This document shows positions 34,467 to 47,675 of a DNA stretch of 64,000 nt, piece after piece. Position numbers and translations under genes: made by a program. This stretch comes from Sporopachydermia quercuum (Eukaryota): positions 992,001-1,056,000 of the forward strand of contig BCGN01000002.1 in assembly GCA_001599295.1 (NCBI GenBank), given 5' to 3'. The number at the start of each line of letters is the position of its first letter. Within the stretch, counting starts at the first letter, position 1. The notes below the pieces were generated by a model. It searched no databases and was not told the DNA's origin. It worked only from the letters and a program-made list of their open reading frames with translations.

Positions 34467-35576
34467 ATGGAAGAACAACTAACAACCTATTTGATCTATA
34501 CAGGTGTGACAGTGTTGGTTGGATTTCTAACTGCGTTCACCATTGGATCGGTGATCTGTAACTCACCCCAAACAACAATCAAATCAACATGGGCAATTGC
34601 ATTGAGCAAGTTTTACTATTCTGTTAGCAATGTTTTTCAACGACCAGTTTATAAAGGTAAAGTAAAAGAGATGTTTATTTATCCTATCAAGTCTATCGCT
34701 GGTATCAGTGTTAAAGAAAATGTAATGACTGCTCACGGTTTCAAGAATGATCGTATTTATATGTTTGCATATCCGACACTAGAGCCAAAAGAAGGTAAGA
34801 AAAAGCCTGAAAACACTTACACTTTCTTAACCCAAAGAGAGGTACCGCGATTAGTTTTGATTAAGCCTACTATCTCTGAAAAAGATAATACAATAATTCT
34901 CGAATTCCCTGATCATGAACCACTTGTTATCCCATTGGAATACGGACCTAAAGATATTACCGATGAAGTGCATACTGTCGACATTTGGGGTGTAATTGTT
35001 GAATGTCATGCTCTAAAATCCGAGCTTTTACCTCGGGAATTTGTATCTAAAGTAGGACTTCCAGAAGGTACACTGTTGTTAGCACCTTTCAAAAGAAGAG
35101 TAGTCACCAAAGGAGTCTTTCCTGCATCTCAGAACAAAACTATCACATTTCAGGACGAATACCCAGGAAATCTCAACACTACAGCATCTCTTGGCGATTT
35201 GAACGAAAAATTAGAGGCTGCAGGTAGTGATGTTAGAGTAAGTGTTAGAAACTTTCGTCCAAATTTGCTGATTGATAATCCTGATGGAAAACCATTTGAA
35301 GAAGACACTTGGAACAAAGTAACATTAAACGGACATTTACTACATGTGGCTTGTCGTAATGTCAGATGTCAAGTTACCACTGTCAATACGACAAAAGGTG
35401 AGTTTGAAGCAACTAGAGAACCATATAAAACTATGCAAAAATATAGAAGGGTTGATGCTGGTTCTAAGTACAGTCCATGTTTTGGTGTGAATTTTGTTGC
35501 TCAGGAAAAAGAATTTGTTGTAAAAATTGGTGATGAGCTTTGGATGAACAGCCGATGTGAGCATTACTATTTATAA
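34467..35576 (+). CDS. MOSC-domain protein, mARC-like, with an N-terminal transmembrane anchor
   Basis: MFIYPIKS, NDRIYM, FLTQREVPRLVLI, SLGDLN, NFRPNLLI, FEEDTW, RCQVTTVN, CFGVN. First ATG at 34467. Confidence 0.92.
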   Translation: MEEQLTTYLIYTGVTVLVGFLTAFTIGSVICNSPQTTIKSTWAIALSKFYYSVSNVFQRPVYKGKVKEMFIYPIKSIAGISVKENVMTAHGFKNDRIYMFAYPTLEPKEGKKKPENTYTFLTQREVPRLVLIKPTISEKDNTIILEFPDHEPLVIPLEYGPKDITDEVHTVDIWGVIVECHALKSELLPREFVSKVGLPEGTLLLAPFKRRVVTKGVFPASQNKTITFQDEYPGNLNTTASLGDLNEKLEAAGSDVRVSVRNFRPNLLIDNPDGKPFEEDTWNKVTLNGHLLHVACRNVRCQVTTVNTTKGEFEATREPYKTMQKYRRVDAGSKYSPCFGVNFVAQEKEFVVKIGDELWMNSRCEHYYL

Positions 35577-35950
35577 TATAACGATTCTAGGTGCAGAAGA
35601 TATGGATATGAATTATCATCAGTTACTATACCTATAGGGCCTTTCTCACACTCACCACAGAAAAGATATCTTGCGGGAACTACTTTTTTTGTTTCGTTAT
35701 TTTCTTCATTTTTTATTGTTATTTCTGATATAGTTGTTGTAATTCTTGAAACAGTAAGATTTTCGAAATCAAATGCATCTGGGATGACTATAAATTCTGA
35801 TTGTCCAGGGATTAACATATCCGGCGCGTTTTCAATTGTGACATGTTTATGAGTGTCCGTCAGATTGATGACCAATGTTCGACAATCGGAAAATCGGCAA
35901 TATGCGGAACCAGTTTTATTATCTGTTTTTGAATATTCATGAAATGACAT
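35567..35950 (-). CDS. DSS4: Mss4/Dss4 Rab nucleotide-release factor/chaperone
   Basis: CRFSDC, DAFDFENLTVSR and YLFCGECEKGPIG zinc-site motifs. Confidence 0.88.
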   Translation of the reverse strand: MSFHEYSKTDNKTGSAYCRFSDCRTLVINLTDTHKHVTIENAPDMLIPGQSEFIVIPDAFDFENLTVSRITTTISEITIKNEENNETKKVVPARYLFCGECEKGPIGIVTDDNSYPYLLHLESLYYK

Positions 35951-36335
35951 CTTATTTGTTTTCAGAATATATGCTATCTCAATTATGTCCTTCTTGCTTT
36001 GTATGGTCTTGCATTGTCTATGGGTTTAGAAAGAAAGGTGCCGTAGTTAATAAATCTCAATAAGCTCCTTATACTGCTTTTGACAACAACAATTTTTTTA
36101 TTTAGTTTTTGCTACTATGGGTTTGATTTATGTTTTGTCTAATAACTGACCAGTTAAATATTCTACCGCATTATCAACAGAAAGAAAGGTCCATTGATCT
36201 TTAAACCAGTGGAAGTCAATATGCAATTCTTTCCGTTATTTACCTACAAAAATGATAAAGTCTCCGGTTTGGAAATTCATGTATATCGGTGTTACCCGAA
36301 AGAGACTACAAAAGAATTCATAGCAAGCAAGAAAT

Positions 36336-36368
36336 ATTGTTAGACCATTATTAGACCATTGTTAGACC
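36336..36368. repeat. 11-bp tandem repeat, three copies (ATTRTTAGACC)
   Basis: attgttagacc attattagacc attgttagacc. Confidence 0.85.
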
Positions 36369-36558
36369 TAAATCAAAACCAACCAGTCATCTCAGATATC
36401 TCTCCGTAATATTTAGTTTGATCCTTCTTATTGATCTCCAACAAAGGCATTTGGGTAGTCTTTTTGATTTTTAGATACTTCAACTACTATAGATTGACTA
36501 ACCATCAACTACAGTATTATTAGGTTCACTGGTACGGAACCACTTAACAGGTTTCTTC

Positions 36559-38327
36559 CCCCACAATATGACACGTGATCTTCCAATTACATTCCGCGAA
36601 CTAGTGATAGAACTCAAACGAGTGGCTTTTCGACGGATAGTCGATTCCACTAACTTCGAACAACTTCGAACACTTATAAATGCTTTTTATGAGGCGATTG
36701 AAAGTGCAAGAGTATATATATATTTCTGCATCAATTTATAACTCCATATCCAATTCTTGTTCTTCCAGGTAATAGATATTATTTTCTCCAATGCCATAAC
36801 ATTGATTCTGGGATTCTTTATGGTCTTTTGGGTATCAGAACTATTCAGATATTGCTTTTCACTTGAACTTATTCTACCTCTCTATTTTACTAACTACCAT
36901 AACAACAGTGTAACTCTTTGTGTTGTGTATTCTCCAATCAAAATATAGAAACTCTCAGCCGAATTCTGATAATGTAGCGCAGCAATCAATATCAATCCTA
37001 AAAGCAAGGTTCTTTGAGACTAGCTTTAAAGTTCCGTGCTATTATCTCCCCGGAAAAACATCAACAGCCGTCTGAGGGAACATACCGCTCAGCAACAGAG
37101 CATATGTCTGACAGGAATCACTGAATTAATTGGCCCCTTCGTAATAATATAGTGCAATACAACATATCCAGTTGATATTGTACAGAATAAGACAATTGAT
37201 ATCAACGAAATATAAGTATCTATATTTATTTCTGAGCATTAATAGTGCTTATGCTCATTCATTGTTCCTGGGTACCTGCAGCGAAATATACCACGTCCTA
37301 ATAAAGNGTTTCGATTTTATGCTCTACAATTCAAAACTTTTGGACTTATTGTTGCATTGTTTCAATTGACACAGCAGTTACTTCTAACAAATTATTCAGA
37401 CAAGCTCTTTTCTAAGATGAAACCAGTTCTGCTGTATTGTATTATATACCAATACCAACTTGGGAGTGGGGAACCCCTGATGTACGTAAAATTATTTTCT
37501 TCTATTCTTACCTATTTGGCCTTTAGAACGGAGACAATAGGAATATCTGGAGAACATTTCCAGAAGGAAAACTCTACCAATTATTCAAGATTCCCCTATT
37601 ATCTTGAGTAAAGCTAGAAAAATGGCAAATTGATATAATAAAGAAATCCTATTAAACTATTTCCAGCATTCAGTTCTTGATTTCTTATTAGCGCTGATAC
37701 CATTGTAATGTTGTTCACTGNCTTATCCATTATTTCCGTTTTATTCCTGGCCACCCTTCAGCCACTCTTACCGTTCCTAAAACAGAAATCGAAAAAGCGG
37801 AGAAATGTAAAACGTACGTAACAATCAACCCAATTTTGTAGTAAAAAAATTTATGCTTGTGGTTTTGTGTGTTAGTAACCATAATCATCCTTCGTGTTGT
37901 TTGATAATTTGTTCTTTTGAACATACGATTAGCAGGTGAGATTATCTATGAACAGTAAGGTTGCGTTGGAAGGAACCGACGACATTTTATCAGATTTATC
38001 AAAATATTTATTTGATTTTTTGATAATAGATAACATTTTTATACACTGTTCAATATTGATTAGTTTGATTAATTTGAAACGGTAAAATAGCCAAGTGGTA
38101 CACTTTTCTTTATCAAACTAAAGAACCCCTTGTTGACTTTTTCGCCTGGCGTTTATGCCGTTTGACATATCAAGTATAATTTTTTTGAAATAGTTTTTTA
38201 CGACTTTCGACTTGGGAATATCGAAATATCGAGATAATAAAAAAGTGAATTTTTTCTTCCATTCTCTCCAGATTTTCGTTGGCGAATTCAACTTCTCAGG
38301 ATCTAGACAGAACAGTTTTTACCCCAC
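36559..38327. promoter_or_regulatory. Mig1/CreA-type sites (SYGGRG with AT flank) upstream of MIG1
   Basis: CCCCAC-AATAT at 36559, CCCCGG-AAAAA at 37048, CTCCAG-ATTTT at 38266, CCCCAC at 38322. Confidence 0.55.
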
Positions 38328-38515
38328 ATTGGCGGACGATCAAGATATCGAGAATTCGACACCAAGAAACAGTGATAACTCTCATGCTGCATGAGATAGT
38401 GGGATAGTATTATTACGTGTATTTATATTTAACGACTCTGAATTTCCTAAATATTTGTTGCTATCCTTTTATTTTTCATTTTTCATTTTTCATTTTATCT
38501 TGAATCCTGAACGCA

Positions 38516-39943
38516 ATGAAGCCTACTAAGTCAGAGTTGGGGGAGGCCCCTAGGCCATACAAATGTCCTCTGTGTGACAAAGCATTTCATAGATTGGAAC
38601 ATCAAACAAGGCATATAAGGACTCATACTGGAGAAAAGCCGCATGTTTGCAATTTTCCTGGTTGTACTAAGCGGTTTTCTCGATCTGATGAACTTACACG
38701 ACATTCCAGAATTCATACAAATCCGAATTCTCGCAAGAACAAATCATATTCAGCAACTAAGGTGAAAAGCAAAAGCTCTTCTGATTTGAAATCATTTTCA
38801 CCTCTCACCCCAGTTTCCACAGTCGCTCAAGAATTGACGGTTTCGTCGTCGCCTAATGATTTGAAAGTTCCATCGCTTCCAAAATCTCAACCAATATCTA
38901 CTCCTCATTCACCATCAGCGAACGCTTCGGCCGCTTTGGCTTCATTATCATCCGTGTTGATTCCGAAGTCAGCCCCAACATCAAGTTTAACATCACCAAC
39001 AGTCTCACCACCGAGCAATACTCCGTTCGGAAATGCTCTCGCTGGAGGGCATAGAAATGTATTTGCTGATTTCAACTTATTAGCATCAGCAGCATCACAG
39101 CAACTAGAAAGAGAAGTGATGGACGGTTCATTCAACGGAAGTGGAAACACATCGCCAGTTAATTTACCTGCTTTACCTGCATTATCTTCTATATCAAGAG
39201 TAAAACAAGAACCTTTGTCTTCAACCAGGTCACTCTCATCTTTATCTGCATATTTTTCAAAACTTTCTGCTGCACCACCCCATCAACCACTCCCCCCAAT
39301 TCAAACTCCTACGCTACCGCCATTAAACCTTGCATCAAACACCAGTCCAAGTTCTGGTGCAATGTCTGTCAACAGTTCAGGTCATCATCATCCCTTGAAT
39401 TCCCTTTCTGCTCTGCAGAGAATGACGCCGCTAGCGAAACCAAAAATTGGTGCCTCGTCTCGTTTACATGATGAAGATGACCCCTATACCTATCAAAAGT
39501 CAAAAAGATCAAGACCAAACTCGCCATCGGGAACTGTTCCTTCATCTCCAACACATTCTCCAAGATTACAACCAAGTGTTTCATTCTCATTACGTGGTAC
39601 TCCTGAGCACACACCATTAGTTACACCAGCTCATTCACCCAGACTTCAACCTCGTGACTCGTCAAACGCTAACATTAACTCATTTCCTTCTTTACCAGTA
39701 CTCGACTCACAACCTGTAACTGCTGTGCACTTGCCACCTATAAGGAACCTCAATTTAGATCGGGGAGTATCCAATGAAAATGAGTTCAGAACTACCACTT
39801 TGCCTCCTTTGAAAGGAAGTATATCTACTTCTTCATCACCTGGNACAGATATGCCGCCATTAGCTGTTTTATCTCATCTATCTTCAGTTTTAAGAGAAGA
39901 AGATAAGAAAAAGAATGTGTCGGATATGGATTATATGACATAA
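38516..39943 (+). CDS. MIG1: Glucose repressor Mig1/CreA (two C2H2 fingers)
   Basis: [75 protein letters not shown]. Confidence 0.96.
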   Translation: MKPTKSELGEAPRPYKCPLCDKAFHRLEHQTRHIRTHTGEKPHVCNFPGCTKRFSRSDELTRHSRIHTNPNSRKNKSYSATKVKSKSSSDLKSFSPLTPVSTVAQELTVSSSPNDLKVPSLPKSQPISTPHSPSANASAALASLSSVLIPKSAPTSSLTSPTVSPPSNTPFGNALAGGHRNVFADFNLLASAASQQLEREVMDGSFNGSGNTSPVNLPALPALSSISRVKQEPLSSTRSLSSLSAYFSKLSAAPPHQPLPPIQTPTLPPLNLASNTSPSSGAMSVNSSGHHHPLNSLSALQRMTPLAKPKIGASSRLHDEDDPYTYQKSKRSRPNSPSGTVPSSPTHSPRLQPSVSFSLRGTPEHTPLVTPAHSPRLQPRDSSNANINSFPSLPVLDSQPVTAVHLPPIRNLNLDRGVSNENEFRTTTLPPLKGSISTSSSPXTDMPPLAVLSHLSSVLREEDKKKNVSDMDYMT

Positions 39944-40247
39944 CATGATAGTTGGTGATAGATGGGAAACCACCGATAAGATTTTTGGAAAGTAATAGTT
40001 GTGTAATTAGAGACTTGAAAAGAGAGGAACAGACACAGTTGTAAGGAGAGAATGTTGACTATGCATTTGTATTATTTATTATTTATATACTGTACTAATG
40101 AAGATGTATAATGTATGTTGCATGCTTTGCATGTTTATATGTACATTCAGATGTAACTAGATCTATGTTTGCGATCAGTAGTACATGAAAATAAAGTATA
40201 TTTTGTGTTGGGTAGGTTTTTTCATAAACGTATAAAAATGCTGATCT

Positions 40248-41297
40248 TCACTGTAGTTGTTTAGATATCTTAGTTATACTCCTTGCTACTCCTGACCCTG
40301 TTTCCCATAATGTTTGATACAGTAGCCCAAACTTCTCAAGCTCATTTCTCAACTCAGCTACTCCTCCGCCAACTCCAAAATAGACATTCTTCCCGGCCAC
40401 CAATGCAAAAGCGTCTTTTTCATCTTTTAATAGATCTTCTACCGTCTGCACAAAACTAGATAGATAATCCAAGGTATAGTACGTTTCAGACGCTAGAATT
40501 ATATCAAACTGTTTGTTTGTAATCTCACAGAATTCATTCCCCCATCCACCTTCTATCAATATAATTTCGATATTTCGCTCTTGTAGGTTCTCCTCCATCT
40601 TCCGTACTAATGACGGTGTAATTACTAATTCTCCTTCACGGATACCAATGTGTCCTTCTTCATATCGTAGGTCGCTTTCCTGAAGCTTTCTAATCTCAAC
40701 CTCTCCAAGCCAATCTGCCCATGCTAGCACCAAATTAACAACACTCACCAGTCTTAGAACGTCATAATTATAATCAGCAACAAATAAAGAGCCACAGGAT
40801 ATTCCTGGTGCGGCTTGAAGCTTTCGTAGTAATACATGAGTAGACGGCAAAGCAGCTCCTGCCCCAAGTTCAATAACATCACCAGTAGCGACTTTCAAGT
40901 TCAAGTCGGAGTTGGAATTGTTTATTAAACTACTTAAATCTTCGCTTGCTTCCCATATTTTCAACCCACCTTCATACAATCCAGAATGTAGGTCGCTATT
41001 TGAAAGCAGCGTCGAGTCTAGATCTTCTCTCATTACTTGATGTCTAGCATCATAGACTTCACGTCTGGGAGGTTTCGCGGCTGTATATGTAATTCGCTGA
41101 TGGTACAAGGAGGATAACACATCGTGAAAGTAATGAATTTTAGGCTTCAGGATCTTTGGTAGATCAGAAGTATGTTCCTTGATATCATCACCATGGTAAA
41201 TATTAGTATTAATATCGCTAATAATAGACGGCTGTGGTCCAGACACAATAGGTGTGCCTTCTACTGTGTCCTCATCTTCAAAGTTGAATTTAAACAT
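40248..41297 (-). CDS. HPM1: Rpl3 histidine methyltransferase (METTL18 family)
   Basis: MFKFNF start, DLHSGLYEGGLKIWE, VIELGAGAALP, DYNYDVL, DIILASETYY, YFGVGGG. Confidence 0.92.
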   Translation of the reverse strand: MFKFNFEDEDTVEGTPIVSGPQPSIISDINTNIYHGDDIKEHTSDLPKILKPKIHYFHDVLSSLYHQRITYTAAKPPRREVYDARHQVMREDLDSTLLSNSDLHSGLYEGGLKIWEASEDLSSLINNSNSDLNLKVATGDVIELGAGAALPSTHVLLRKLQAAPGISCGSLFVADYNYDVLRLVSVVNLVLAWADWLGEVEIRKLQESDLRYEEGHIGIREGELVITPSLVRKMEENLQERNIEIILIEGGWGNEFCEITNKQFDIILASETYYTLDYLSSFVQTVEDLLKDEKDAFALVAGKNVYFGVGGGVAELRNELEKFGLLYQTLWETGSGVARSITKISKQLQ

Positions 41298-41485
41298 GGT
41301 GCCAAAGTGGATTGTTTCACAGATCAAAGGGCATTCAGATCAGCAGCAAAAAGTGTACACTAGGAGGTATTGGATTATAAATTCTGCCCAAACGCTCAAT
41401 TTTCAGCTTATCTGAACATTTTACCCGAATAATCATTAATCTCAAAAAAAACCTGACGAGTTTTATAAATAAAGCTGCCCTAAAA

Positions 41486-41522
41486 TGAAAATTTTACAAA
41501 TGTGCAGTGGAAATGCGATGAG
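41486..41522. promoter_or_regulatory. RRPE and PAC ribosome-biogenesis elements upstream of HPM1
   Basis: TGAAAATTTT at 41486-41495 and GCGATGAG at 41515-41522. Confidence 0.65.
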
Positions 41523-41838
41523 ACGTAATGCTGAAAGACACTGAAAAAGCTCTTAAATGAATTGATTGTTTAATAACGGTTTACGAATTAAAATCAATTA
41601 ATTGATATGGGCTCATTTCTATATGGAATATTAATAGACATTTATAGATTCGTTGAACAGGTGGCTAACCATTAGGGTAGCAATGAATATAACATACATA
41701 ACATACAGCACTCTAAGGAGCAGTTATGACAAATAGAATGAGTAACTTAGATACAAAATAATATTACAGCAGGCAATTTCTTCTTGTTAACAGTATTATT
41801 ACTAGAGATAGCTTATATGACAATCCAACAATCTACAC

Positions 41839-44640
41839 CTAGGTAGTCATCTTCTCTCTCAAAGAAGCAAGATACTCCTTATATCCTCTAGCATTGTCAA
41901 TACGATCTTCAACCAATAGACTTGCGGCCCACATACGAAGAGCCAAAAGATCATTGGTCTGTTTACCGGGAGTATTGACATCTTTACTTCCGCCTCCTCT
42001 AACAATATACAAACTTTGGTATGTAATTGAATCAACATTCTCCCGAATTTTCCCAATTATAGCTCTCACTCTGATTGACAGTTCAGTATCGATTTCTGGA
42101 AGGTCAGTTTTACCAATAGGAATAGAGTAANTATCTGGAGTTCCGAACAAATCATTAACTAAGGCAGGTACAGCATCACCCCCAATCCACAAGAATAATT
42201 CTTGAGTATTATCGATTAGATATAAACCAAATCGTTCAAATAGTTCAACGGATGCGTTTATAGGAGTAGGGAAAGTGATTTCTCCCGTAGCTTCATCAGG
42301 ATATCCAGCATCATCAGCCATATCATGTAATGAGTATACAGCAGGATAAATATAGCGGATTAATCGATTAGTTGGTAATGATGACAATAATGCTAAAGCT
42401 GCTGAACGATGATCAGAAGGCACAATTCCTGGTCTTAATCCGATATGTTTGGTTAAAGCTTGAATCAAAAGAGGTAACATTCGTAAGTTTGCACATAATT
42501 GTAATGGAGATGACCCACCAACATTTCCTGCCATGATGTCCTTCTTGTATTCGATTACAACGTCAGCCATGAATTTATTCAAATAATCACGGGCACCACT
42601 CAAAGAAGAGCCAATTGCCTTTTCAACCGCTCTTTGACTTAAATAGGTGATAATTGCTTGTTGATCAGCAGATGCATAAATATCGGCTAAATTAGATGAT
42701 GTAGGAACTGCCAAGTTCATAACACGAATACGTCGTTCTCCATGGCATGTAGTATGTAATACAGCTGATTGAAAACAAACATAAGGTCTACTTATAGTTT
42801 CTTCTACGCTTAATTCAATCACATAGCCTTGATCACGGGGAAATGACGGGAAAGAGCAAAGATCAGATGATCTGTTGAAAAAGTTACCATAGAAGGATTT
42901 CATGGTGACACCCGATGAAGCTCTCACTCTCATAACAGCTTCTAAACCAACTTCCATGGATAAGTGATTAGATAATTCTTGTGCTAGTTTGACAGCATCT
43001 TCAGGATTAGATGCCATCCAACCAGGATAAAAATGTGTTTGACCAGATGTATATCTGGGTAAATTTGACAAAGAGGCAACATCTTGATATTGAGTAGCGC
43101 ACAAGAACATATCAATTGTTATTTGAGATTTATTACAATCCACAGCAAATGATTTGTAGAAGGAATTAGCAGCACCCAACAACAATGATGATTCTTTTGG
43201 TGTATTGAGAGCAGATTTTTCATCTCTGATTTCTAATTTACCAACTCCAACAGATGGTAAAGAAGCACTAATAACTTCAATCTTACCGCCAATGTGTCCA
43301 ATTAACTTATGAGCAGCTTTAAGAGCAGGACCTAAAGCAAATCCTGCTTCAGAAGTTGGAACAAACATATCATTCATCTTAACTAATAACTTCTCAATAC
43401 CTTTTCGTGCTGACGATAGAGTAACAAGAATATCAGTAGGGCTAGGTAAAAATGGTTCGTCGAGATCACCTACAACCAGCATTGATGGTTCACTATTGTC
43501 TTCATCTTCTTCTTCACCATTTGCTTCACCATCTTGATTATTATCGCTGGATGGANTAGTGAAGAAATGCAAAGCAGAACTGACACCAATGAATGCTACT
43601 CTAGTGCGTCCATCAGTATTAGGTATTCTGTCTAAAGATTCTAATATAGTTCTGCTAGCAGTAGCTGTTAGACCATTATTGACAGCAATCGTTGAAACAT
43701 CAATGAGAAAAACGTAGATGAGAGGCTGAGGAGGTCTCACCATATATTCTTGTGGAGCAATAAATTCAACCACGGCGTTATTCAATTCAGGCCTTTCATA
43801 TCTATTGATACTAACACCTTTAGCAGCGTCATAATCAAAAGCAGCAGGAACATCATTTTGAAGACCACACAGGTTGCACTTCCATCTTCTGTCTGAATCA
43901 ACAAATGTTACATAGGGATTGATATATGATCGGCAACGACGACAACGGGTAATCAATTGATCAGATGCCAAAGCCACAGGCTTCTCAGAATCATGCAAGG
44001 AAGTGTATGGGCTAAGCACAAGCGCCAATGGTAACTTAGACTTTTTCAAAATTGCAGAACTAGTAGGCAGAACATTTAATGTAGATCTGAAATACTCAGG
44101 TGCAGCATTGTTGGTTTCACTGTTTGTAACAGTGGCATCAGCAGGCAAAATCAAAGGTGGTGGTGGTAATTGAAGATCCGTAACTGGTGGGGGTAATTCC
44201 CGTGACAAATCGATATTGTAAAGTTGATTCAACGGCTGGGAGTAAAGAGGTTGTTGAGAACCTTGAGTTGCGTATTGAGAATTTTGAGCTGCGTATTGCT
44301 GTTGTGATTGTCCATATGAAGGATATTGTTGAGATTGGTATTCTAGAACCGGAGAAGCACCAGTTCCAGAAGCTGCTCCAACTCCAACACCTGGAATGCC
44401 AGCCGATGGTTGTCCAACACCAGGGACACTGCTTTGGCCACCAATATTCATTCCTGAAAGTTGAGCAGTCATAGAATCAATAGGATTAGGGGTACCAGGG
44501 GCTGCCGCTGCTGGTGTGAAAACTTGACCAGGAGCTCCAGCTGCTGGAAGTTGGCCATAAGTGGCGCCTGCGGCAACTTGTGGACCCGCACCAAATCCAT
44601 ATTGTTGTTGGGGGTATGCTCTTCTTTTATTATGTGACAT
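41839..44640 (-). CDS. SEC24: COPII cargo adaptor Sec24
   Basis: [10 protein letters not shown], zinc finger [17 protein letters not shown], v[19 protein letters not shown], gelsolin-like C-terminus. Confidence 0.98.
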   Translation of the reverse strand: MSHNKRRAYPQQQYGFGAGPQVAAGATYGQLPAAGAPGQVFTPAAAAPGTPNPIDSMTAQLSGMNIGGQSSVPGVGQPSAGIPGVGVGAASGTGASPVLEYQSQQYPSYGQSQQQYAAQNSQYATQGSQQPLYSQPLNQLYNIDLSRELPPPVTDLQLPPPPLILPADATVTNSETNNAAPEYFRSTLNVLPTSSAILKKSKLPLALVLSPYTSLHDSEKPVALASDQLITRCRRCRSYINPYVTFVDSDRRWKCNLCGLQNDVPAAFDYDAAKGVSINRYERPELNNAVVEFIAPQEYMVRPPQPLIYVFLIDVSTIAVNNGLTATASRTILESLDRIPNTDGRTRVAFIGVSSALHFFTXPSSDNNQDGEANGEEEDEDNSEPSMLVVGDLDEPFLPSPTDILVTLSSARKGIEKLLVKMNDMFVPTSEAGFALGPALKAAHKLIGHIGGKIEVISASLPSVGVGKLEIRDEKSALNTPKESSLLLGAANSFYKSFAVDCNKSQITIDMFLCATQYQDVASLSNLPRYTSGQTHFYPGWMASNPEDAVKLAQELSNHLSMEVGLEAVMRVRASSGVTMKSFYGNFFNRSSDLCSFPSFPRDQGYVIELSVEETISRPYVCFQSAVLHTTCHGERRIRVMNLAVPTSSNLADIYASADQQAIITYLSQRAVEKAIGSSLSGARDYLNKFMADVVIEYKKDIMAGNVGGSSPLQLCANLRMLPLLIQALTKHIGLRPGIVPSDHRSAALALLSSLPTNRLIRYIYPAVYSLHDMADDAGYPDEATGEITFPTPINASVELFERFGLYLIDNTQELFLWIGGDAVPALVNDLFGTPDXYSIPIGKTDLPEIDTELSIRVRAIIGKIRENVDSITYQSLYIVRGGGSKDVNTPGKQTNDLLALRMWAASLLVEDRIDNARGYKEYLASLREKMTT

Positions 44641-47600
44641 CTTATTCAATCAATTATTACTTTTCTCCTATCATTCAAAGGTTATCCTTTCCTTTCTCAA
44701 AGGCTGAAAACTCTATAGTCGAATACAGCCAACGAGTATACGTCAGTCCTGCCGTTTATATAAACTTCTCACTTGCTATATCTACCTCTACTATCAGGCC
44801 ACACTTCTATGGTATTTCTGACAATCAAGAAAAAGTATTGGTTCTAGTGGTTACGAATACTTTGCGTCCAAGATCTCAATGAACAGCTCTACCACAACAG
44901 AATGCACAGATTATACCAATAATCTACTACTCAGTGATAATCAGTCTGAATAACTCAACGCTTCTCCATTCAGCTGACACAGTGATTTTTAGATGTTTAG
45001 CTAACTTCTATCCTATCCAACGATTCTTTAGATGTAGAGACACACGATTGCTCTCACTTTTACTATTNAAGACATTGCCCTTTCATTACAATGAAAATGC
45101 CAGATCATTGAGTTGATGCGTAACTTTAGTTTCTACACCCATTCACCATTAAATTTCAATACGAGCAGAGTGAGACTCTAAGTAGAGGCTAAAAACTACG
45201 AGGGATACTGGAAACATAAAGGTGTGTGTGATAGGAGAATGAGCATTGCTATATGAAATGGGATGACGTTATGAGAATATCTACAGTTGAAGCACAGGTT
45301 AGATCTTCTAAATGACAATATGGCATAGTCTGACTAGGTATTATCATTAATTATCCAAGGATAGGTTCAATTGTAGAGACTGAAGTTCGCTGGTATGGGG
45401 TTAAAGTATGGAGGAGAAGATGGTGGAATTGGAGGAAGTGAGTGCTAAAGTGTGGATATACGAAATTTGGCATTTGAGCTGTTTTGGGTGGTTGGGTCAA
45501 TTCCTGAGTCTCCAGTACAGTTGGTTAATGGCATAAAGCATTGTAATTGAGTTGCTTTCTGCTGGTTAATCCAAAATATAAAATAGAATGAATGTCATTT
45601 GTTTAATCTATCTAAGTATCTGATTGAAAACTCGTGATTCCCCATTTAGTAAGAAGTATTTCTATTTAGATACTCGTAATCTAATCCACATGAAATATCA
45701 TCTGTTGATATTCAACAATCGGGTTCTACCGGTTTGTCCGACTTTACACTTGACATTAGACTTAGTTTACTCTACCAGTTCAACTCTTATGCAGATATAT
45801 CAAGTCATTTTCGCTAAGGTGAAAGTATATTATAGAATGTATTGAAAAGTGAATATAATTTATTAGGCATATATTTGCTAGAAGCATATCAGGAGTTATT
45901 GCATCCAGCCTATACTATACCATATCAAAACAGCCTAGGTAGTGATCATTGGACTACCTCGTCATAGAAAGAAGAAGAGAAGAATCGAGTAAATCGAATC
46001 AGCATTGGCTTCAGATTGGTACATTAATTTGATTCGCAATAACTTCTTTCAGAGGGATTTACATCTTTTTCATTCAACAAAAGTAACTACCGAGAATAAA
46101 ATTTGTATTCTAATTCATTTACCTCACTGATACAACTCAATGTTCACTCTCTTACGACCCCGGTGAGTCTACCAGACGCCTCGCGAAGTCTGTTTCCTTT
46201 GGAGATATCTCATATCCCACATGATCCATCCTGTTCTTTCCTTCCTTATATCAATCTATTTGGATAGCCACCTTTAAACTCACTTGATATTCTCTTCACT
46301 TGTTTAGAGAATAGNAGAGAATTGCAAGCCTCGGGCTGGTTCTGGTTCCTTACAATACGCCGGACCCACGGGAAGGCATATTTCACCAGCAAGCACCCAC
46401 CAGCTTCTTAAATTCCTAGACCCTACCTAAATACCCTTGTCCTATCAATTGTACGGATTTGTCCCTATTTTGATAATCCAGACCCCGTTGTAAACAATAG
46501 AGTGTGCATACTTCTTTCACATCAACAGTTTCATGGTGCTAATATACTACCAAAAATCTACCTTCAGAATTATGACATTCTATTTTTTCTAAATAAATAA
46601 ATTGCTAGATTAATTTACTTCATTAGACTATATAATGACAGCCTAGTTTATGCTAAATATAACATGCTTTTTTTCTCGCATCTCATCATACAAATGTCGT
46701 CTCCTCAGTGTACGTAACGGACTTCTCCAGTACAGTGTTTCGGGCGGTTATGTCGAGCCCAGATTCTGGTTTGTCCTTTCCTGGTCTGTAGAATATTTGT
46801 CCAGAGAAAATAACTAGTTAGTTTTTACGATGTATGATTTCTACAAAAAGATGTTGTAATAGCGATAAACTTTCTACAATAAACAGTCAATCCCAGCAAC
46901 ATAGATAGGTAGAGATATATTAATTTTGCATTCTGTGTATTATAGTGAAAGGAGATCCGTATTTGATAGTGTGTGCCTTTCATAGAAGTTTCTACGTTAT
47001 TTTATTAGCCTTGAGCAGCAAGGTGCAAACGAACAGGACATAAACCAGATTTAGTTCAATTACTCACTGTGTCTGTTCGTCTCTTCTTTTTAGAATACTT
47101 GAATCACTATTGATTATACATGATATTGTCTTTCTTTTGAATACACTGAAGGAGAAACATAAGCGATCGTATCGCATTTGAATTAACAAAATATTGCTTT
47201 GGATTAGATTTCCCTTTTGTTATTGTTGATAGTGAGCAATTTCCTACTATACTACTCTTCCTTGCTTTCTACATCGTCTTGAGTGAATGTGTAATGGCAT
47301 TTAGTATGAAAGTAGAGGATACTGTAGCACTCAACTTGATCATCATTCATTGAATTTTCTACTCGATTCTTTAACGGGTAGCAATTTGGGAAGAGTTAGT
47401 TTGCTATTTGAACTGCTTGGTTAATTATATCATAGTACATCAGAAGTAGAGGAAAGAAGGAAGCTAGTCATATCCAAGATTTAGTTTGCTGCTGATGATA
47501 ATCAATTGGTTGGTTCGAACTAATTGTTAATTGTCTTTTCCTTTTCCAATTTGAAATCAGTTTCTTTCAAAAGGGAGCAATCTAAAAGGAATAAACGATT

Positions 47601-47675
47601 GATTGGTTTGAAATACTCGGAGTTTTGTTTTGTTGGCTTGGTTCTGTTGCTTGGTGTCAAAGGAGAATTGTTGTT

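Noticed and set aside
36336..36368. 11-bp repeat as an interstitial telomere or CRISPR-like array
   Set aside because: Only three copies, no spacers and no G-rich strand; simple slippage suffices.
13350..44640. SEC31, DSS4 and SEC24 as a secretory gene cluster
   Set aside because: They are separated by many unrelated genes; chance is adequate without synteny data.
47285..47400. GTAATGGCATTT resembling the 5' end of fungal SRP RNA
   Set aside because: Lacks GCTGTAATGGC, the helix-8 motif and GC-rich stems.
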